A stretch of DNA of 63,697 bases, filler included, from Lenisia limosa (Eukaryota > Protista > Breviatea), in assembly GCA_001655205.1 (NCBI GenBank). It is 8 parts of 8 records of this genome, joined end to end, with 100 filler letters (N's around TTAATTAATTAA, not from the genome) between each part and the next. Parts side by side here need not be neighbours in the genome. Positions count along the whole stretch, not along the records: positions 57,580 to 63,697 come from LPNZ01005471.1; 7 more parts are not named here. The stretch is one strand, 5' to 3'. Under the pieces are notes generated by a model that did not search any database, was not told where the DNA came from, and was given only the letters and a program-made list of their open reading frames with translations. Positions 59,280-63,697 of the stretch are shown here, piece after piece (within the stretch, counting starts at the first letter, position 1; every line of letters begins with the position of its first letter). Made by a program: the position numbers and the translations under genes.

Positions 59280-60938
59280 TTAGTCCCAATCTTCATCGGA
59301 ATCGTCGGAAGGCATGGCCGGTGCGGGAGCCTCGGGGTCACTAAATAGTTAATGATATAAGCATTTTTTGAGGGCAAGAGAAATAATATCATAAAAGTGT
59401 TTCTCGCCCAAAAAGTTGAGCTCTTTTTTTTATCTGAAGTAACCATTGTTAACTCCCCCTCATGCTTACTCCAGAATACTGGGGTCAAGTCCGTCACCCT
59501 CCATTTTCATTTTGATTTGCTGCTCATGCACACCCAATCTCAGCATCTAAAACTTGTTAGGTTTTGATAAGGACCGATTTAGTGTTGTCTGCGCCACGTG
59601 TGTTGACGACGGGCGTTGTGGTTGGGACGAGTTTTACTTTCAGTTCCAACAGACTGACAAAATATCGATATTTATCGAGGATTTATCGAGAATTCAGTCT
59701 TTTTTGGAACCGAAAGTGAAGCTCTAGTTAGGACCCCTTGGCTGCATTATGTATGAGGTAAGCACCCTTATAACTACGGTCTATTTGGCATCATTTGGAT
59801 TTCTGAAAGAATGGCAAAAAGATTGCTAACATCAACATCATATCCTCTAACCAGCCACACTGGTCACAAAATAAGGCCTTAACTCATTCAACAGTAATAC
59901 TATTTCTTCATTGTTATTCATGCTTAGTTTTACAAATATTTTGAAGCAACTTTGTTTCACACATTCCGTACGCAACGGCGCATCGACTTGGGAAATTTCT
60001 TCAGATACATGGGATTCCAACTTTTTCATAAGAATCCCAAGTCGATGCGCCGTAGTGTAGTACTTATTACTGTAAGTCAAATATATTACAACAGAAGAGC
60101 TCCGAGAACTAACCTGGAAATACTTGGCGTATATATTATGATTTATGATGTGAGTGGTAGTATTATTATATTTACGATGTGAGGATGGCTGGTGATCAAT
60201 TACAACAGAAGAGACCCAAGCACCAACCTTGAAATACTTGGCATATGTAGGGTGGTCTTTGATGGGAGTGTGGGACGCTGCGAAGAGTGATTAGGAAGAG
60301 GAGAATCACTACTTCGGATTTGCTTTGGTTTAAAAAGAGATTGCAATATTTCAACCCCTCCCCCCTCACGTTCTGCCGGAGCCGCTGGGGCATCATCATC
60401 GTCAAGGTCGCCTTGATCGGGCTGATCTAAAATCGTAAAATTGAACTGATCAAAGATTGTAAAATGTATCTGCTCAAAGATTTAATGATTCTGGTCAAAG
60501 ATCATATGGAACTGGTCAAAAATATATCTAGTCTAAGATTCATTATATGGTGGGTGTTCACAAAGGTCGTTGTATAGGGCATAGATGGCATATCTGAAAA
60601 TGGGAGAGTTTTATTTTTTCATTCTGTGATTTTAGTATATGGAGTTGATTTATGATCTGTGTATAGAGTAGAGTATTCGTTCCATATTTAAGATTTGAGT
60701 CCAGAAATGTGAAACAAAAAAAAGGATGAAATATAGGATTGTAGTATACAATAGTTGCAAATCCAGTTGGATAAACCTTGTATTGTTCTACAACGATATG
60801 ATATAATATGTTCTAATAGAATTGAAATTCCTGAATATTTGGCTTCTATTTCAAGACTTTTATTAAAGGTAAATATGATTGGATGAGATACTCCAACAAA
60901 GATCCATCATTTGATATTCTAAGACTCCTACACACACA

Positions 60939-60980
<42 letters not shown>

Positions 60981-61757
60981 ACCCTAATTATTTGAAGTTC
61001 AAAAGCCACGGCCATAAAANNNNNNNNNNNNNNNNNNNNNNNNNNNNNNNNNNNNNNNNNNNNNNNNNNNNNNNNNNNNNNNNNNNNNNNNNNNNNNNNN
61101 NNNNNNNNNNNNNTTCACAAAAAGATTGGGCAGTATACTAGTTCAACAATTACGAAGCCGTCCACACCATCACGCTAATAAGACACTTTGAATTGTTGTA
61201 TCATATTACTTCACCCAATCATTTGTCTACAACTCTGTTCAAACAGCTTCATGCGTGCCCCGGAGATATTAGATTATTGAATATTTCGTCTGCAAAAGAA
61301 TATCATAAGTAGTTGCATGTTTATCCACGACAGTGCATAGCTGTGTTTTGGCCATCTCAATGTGGCTTCACAAGAGCTTCATCGCTGACCGATCGAAGGA
61401 ATAATACCATCCATCATACCACTTGGGAGGGGAGGAGGTGCTTCCCCAACCTGCGTTGTAGCTGGTTGTGAGGGGGGAGCAGCAAGCTGAGAATCAGGAA
61501 TACTCTCAAGCTTAGCCTCAAGAATGGCCATTGATATCTCCAACTGCTGCATGCGGGATGAAACCTGTGTAGGGGATGAGAATCTTGGGGTAAGAACATC
61601 CTACTTTCTCAAGTTTGCGGTCACAGAGGGATGCAAACTTGTTCAGGAACTCCGCTGTCTCGAATACAAAGTTATTAATGTAGGAAACGGTCTGTGCGTA
61701 GTCTAATGGGCTGACAAGACCGTAATCAATACGGGGAGCAAGGACTGGCGTGGCCAT
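59280..61757 (-). CDS. WASHC3: WASH complex subunit 3 (CCDC53)
   Basis: TVSYINNFVFETAEFLNKFASLCDRKLEK|VSSRMQQLEISMAILEAKLESIP; IKDHPTYAKYFK|MLRLGV..KMKMEGDGLDPSIL; SDDSDEDWD*. Confidence 0.95.
59629..59726. mobile_element. hAT-like MITE family B
   Basis: GTTGGGAC|GAGTTTTACTTTCAGTTCCAA...TTGGAACCGAAAGTGAAGCTCTA|GTTAGGAC (7/8 TSD match). Confidence 0.85.
59971..60057. mobile_element. MITE family C (CACTAC terminus, 19-bp perfect inverted repeat, TA flanks)
   Basis: TA|CGCAACGGCGCATCGACTTGGGA...TCCCAAGTCGATGCGCCGTAGTG|TA; two tandem half-copies at ~62719-62780. Confidence 0.8.
60929..60978. repeat. (CA)n microsatellite
   Basis: About 24 CA units with one interruption. Confidence 0.98.
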
Positions 61758-61986
61758 TTTCGGCTTGCGTTATTTAAATAGCCGTATTTCTTAATATAAC
61801 TCTAAAATATCGTCCTTTAGACTTTAGAGGACTTTTTTGAAATTTGGCTTCACTTAAATATGATTACTTTTGATTACACTCAGTCTTCAGAGACCAAACA
61901 GCCCTCCTCAGGCCTTTTTGGCCTAAAACGACGACATTTAAGAGTTAAATTGATATACGGAAGGAGAAACTGAGCTGCTCGATCCA

Positions 61987-63483
61987 ATGCCTGGAACGAA
62001 ACGATCAAACAACCCTGCGTAAGAGGCTGAATATGTCTGAGATTATAATCCACTTTATCATTAAAAAAGGTGGCAATTTCAGTGTCCTAAAATTATTGGA
62101 ATTTATTCCCGTTCCAGATCATCGTCATGGTTATCCTTGTTCAAATGCACAACAGTTCCGATTGAAAAGGTTGCACCTTGGCGGCGAACCAACCCCTTCA
62201 TCCGCCACTATTACCGCCCAGATCATATTGGTAACATGGGGCTTATTGTTGATGACGTAATCGCTTTTTTTTCCTTTGTTCAACTCATCACTATCCAACT
62301 TGCCATTTTTGGTGACATGTTGTGCATGTGCTCAATTCACTAAAAATATTTTGTATATGATATACTATTTTAAAATGGATATTTTGTCACATTTTAGGAT
62401 TTTTGGAGTCGTTAAAAGGGCTGTACAAGGTTGGCTTAATAGATTATTTTGCGAATTCAGTGATTGATAGTTGAATTAAAGACACTACATACATATATGG
62501 ACATATTTTCACCGCATAGATCACAAATGAGCTATACATATATGGACATATTTTCACCACATATATCAAAAATGAGCTTGCTAATACATTCATATGACAT
62601 ATTTTCACCGCATAGATCACAAATGAGCTTGCTAACATTTGGACACATTTGGTGTCGCTTGTTGCTTTTGCAATCTACCTTTTCAGCACCTCGAGAAATG
62701 ACGTTGGAGGGGTGTAGGCTACGGCGCATTGACTTGGGATTCTTATGAACACTACGGCGCATTGACTTGGGATTCTTATGACTAAGGCTTCACTTGACAT
62801 ACTTCTAGGGCTTCACTTTAGTTCGACAAATGACTGATTTTCTCATAAATCCTCGAAATCTATCGATATTTCCTGGTCGTCTTTTTCCGAACTGACGTGA
62901 AGCCCTACTTGCTTCATCAATTTTTCATTTTTACTCTCTTAGGCCTTTCATTCGCAGAATGCAGGAATGTTAGCGCTTTCCTCCCTCCACCACTACTGCA
63001 TATTATTATGCATGGCCTGTTCTGCAGGATATCATCTCTTCAACTCTTGCGGAGGTGGGAGGTATTTATGCTATATATTATGTACAGTGACCGGGATAAG
63101 TCTTGACTGACTTTGGGAAATCACTAACAAATCGGTCAAGACGTATCCAGGTCACTGTACTTATCATGAATATTTCCCTCTCGAGCAGATCGCCATTTTT
63201 TTTATCATTTTCACTCATTTTTCACGCAGTGATTTGATACTTCATATCCACTCATGTTTTAAACTATTGGATATTGGTCAACATAATAAATGATAACGTT
63301 ACAGGTGCAACTTGTTATAACAGAACTTCCTTTTGCGACTACTTTGCGATTGTGGGACTTGTTATTGCCTCTTTCTTCACTCCTCTGTTGAACTTCTTCC
63401 AAGTAAGCAAGGTGATATTATTGCTAGATTTTCATATTATGGGACTTGTTTTTTACAGCCTCCACTTTTTAGCTGATTTCAAG
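61987..63483 (+). CDS. PAQR/AdipoR (haemolysin-III) family membrane protein; runs off the window end
   Basis: APWRRTNPFIRHYYRP (family WxxxNxFIxxxYRP motif), YHLFNSC, FCDYFAIVGLVIASFFTP (DYxGIxxxIxxS motif). Confidence 0.8.
62487..62640. repeat. ~43-bp tandem repeat in a PAQR intron
   Basis: CATATATGGACATATTTTCACC(G/A)CATA..TCA..AATGAGCT, 3-4 copies. Confidence 0.85.
62806..62907. mobile_element. hAT-like MITE family B
   Basis: CATACTTC|TAGGGCTTCACTTTAGTTCG...CGAACTGACGTGAAGCCCTA|CTTGCTTC (6/8 TSD match). Confidence 0.85.
63085..63157. mobile_element. MITE family A, full length
   Basis: TA|CAGTGACCGGGATAAGTCTTGACTGA...TCGGTCAAGACGTATCCAGGTCACTG|TA. Confidence 0.9.
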
Positions 63484-63697
63484 TAAAGGTGGTATTTTTA
63501 TGAAATTTTTTTTTTAAAAGTTTAATTTTTGCAACCTCTGACATTTTTTAAAGAGCCAATCCATATACCGTTTGAATATCCCTCCGTGCTGTGTTTCCAT
63601 GAAATTGAACTATAGAAATATGATTACCATAACTTCAGGTTAACATAGGAAAGAAAGCAGTAGACACGTTGATTTTGGAGGGGGTTTTTTTTTTTTT

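Noticed and set aside
59621-59734. hAT MITE acting as an introner (GT in the left TSD, AG at the right end)
   Set aside because: Splicing at those sites removes one base too many and frameshifts the exon.

Overview
AT-rich, intron-dense eukaryotic (protist-like, possibly amoebozoan; not determinable from sequence) draft scaffold with many N gaps. Seven of the gaps carry an artificial TTAATTAATTAA spacer. Genes are split into short exons by 40-200 nt GT-AG introns, so the ORF track captures only fragments; all gene models here were spliced by hand. Recognisable genes are: a Cys-rich repeat protein, a RIG-I/Dicer-family DExH helicase, TatD, tyrosine aminotransferase (3' part), the N-terminal half of a BEACH/NBEAL-family protein, an alpha/beta hydrolase end, an AAA+ ATPase, a dNK/TMPK-like kinase, AMMECR1, RPL26, WASHC3 (CCDC53) and a PAQR membrane protein. 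The mobile content includes two pogo/DDE_1 transposase fragments with apparent introns, an internally deleted DIRS-type retroelement, three MITE families (Tc1/mariner-like with TA target, hAT-like with 8-bp TSDs, CACTAC-ended) and a TIR-less ~65-nt repeat with a cUUCGg hairpin. The top candidate for a new system is the helicase gene at 7.9-13.7 kb (minus strand). It appears to carry a RIG-I-type Zn-binding RNA-recognition domain (normally C-terminal) in front of the helicase, with nothing after the helicase, i.e. a permuted RIG-I-like receptor, possibly with a further unknown N-terminal region. A second recurring pattern is intronic tandem duplications that regenerate AG|GT splice junctions in several unrelated genes. 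No rRNA, intact tRNA or CRISPR array was seen.
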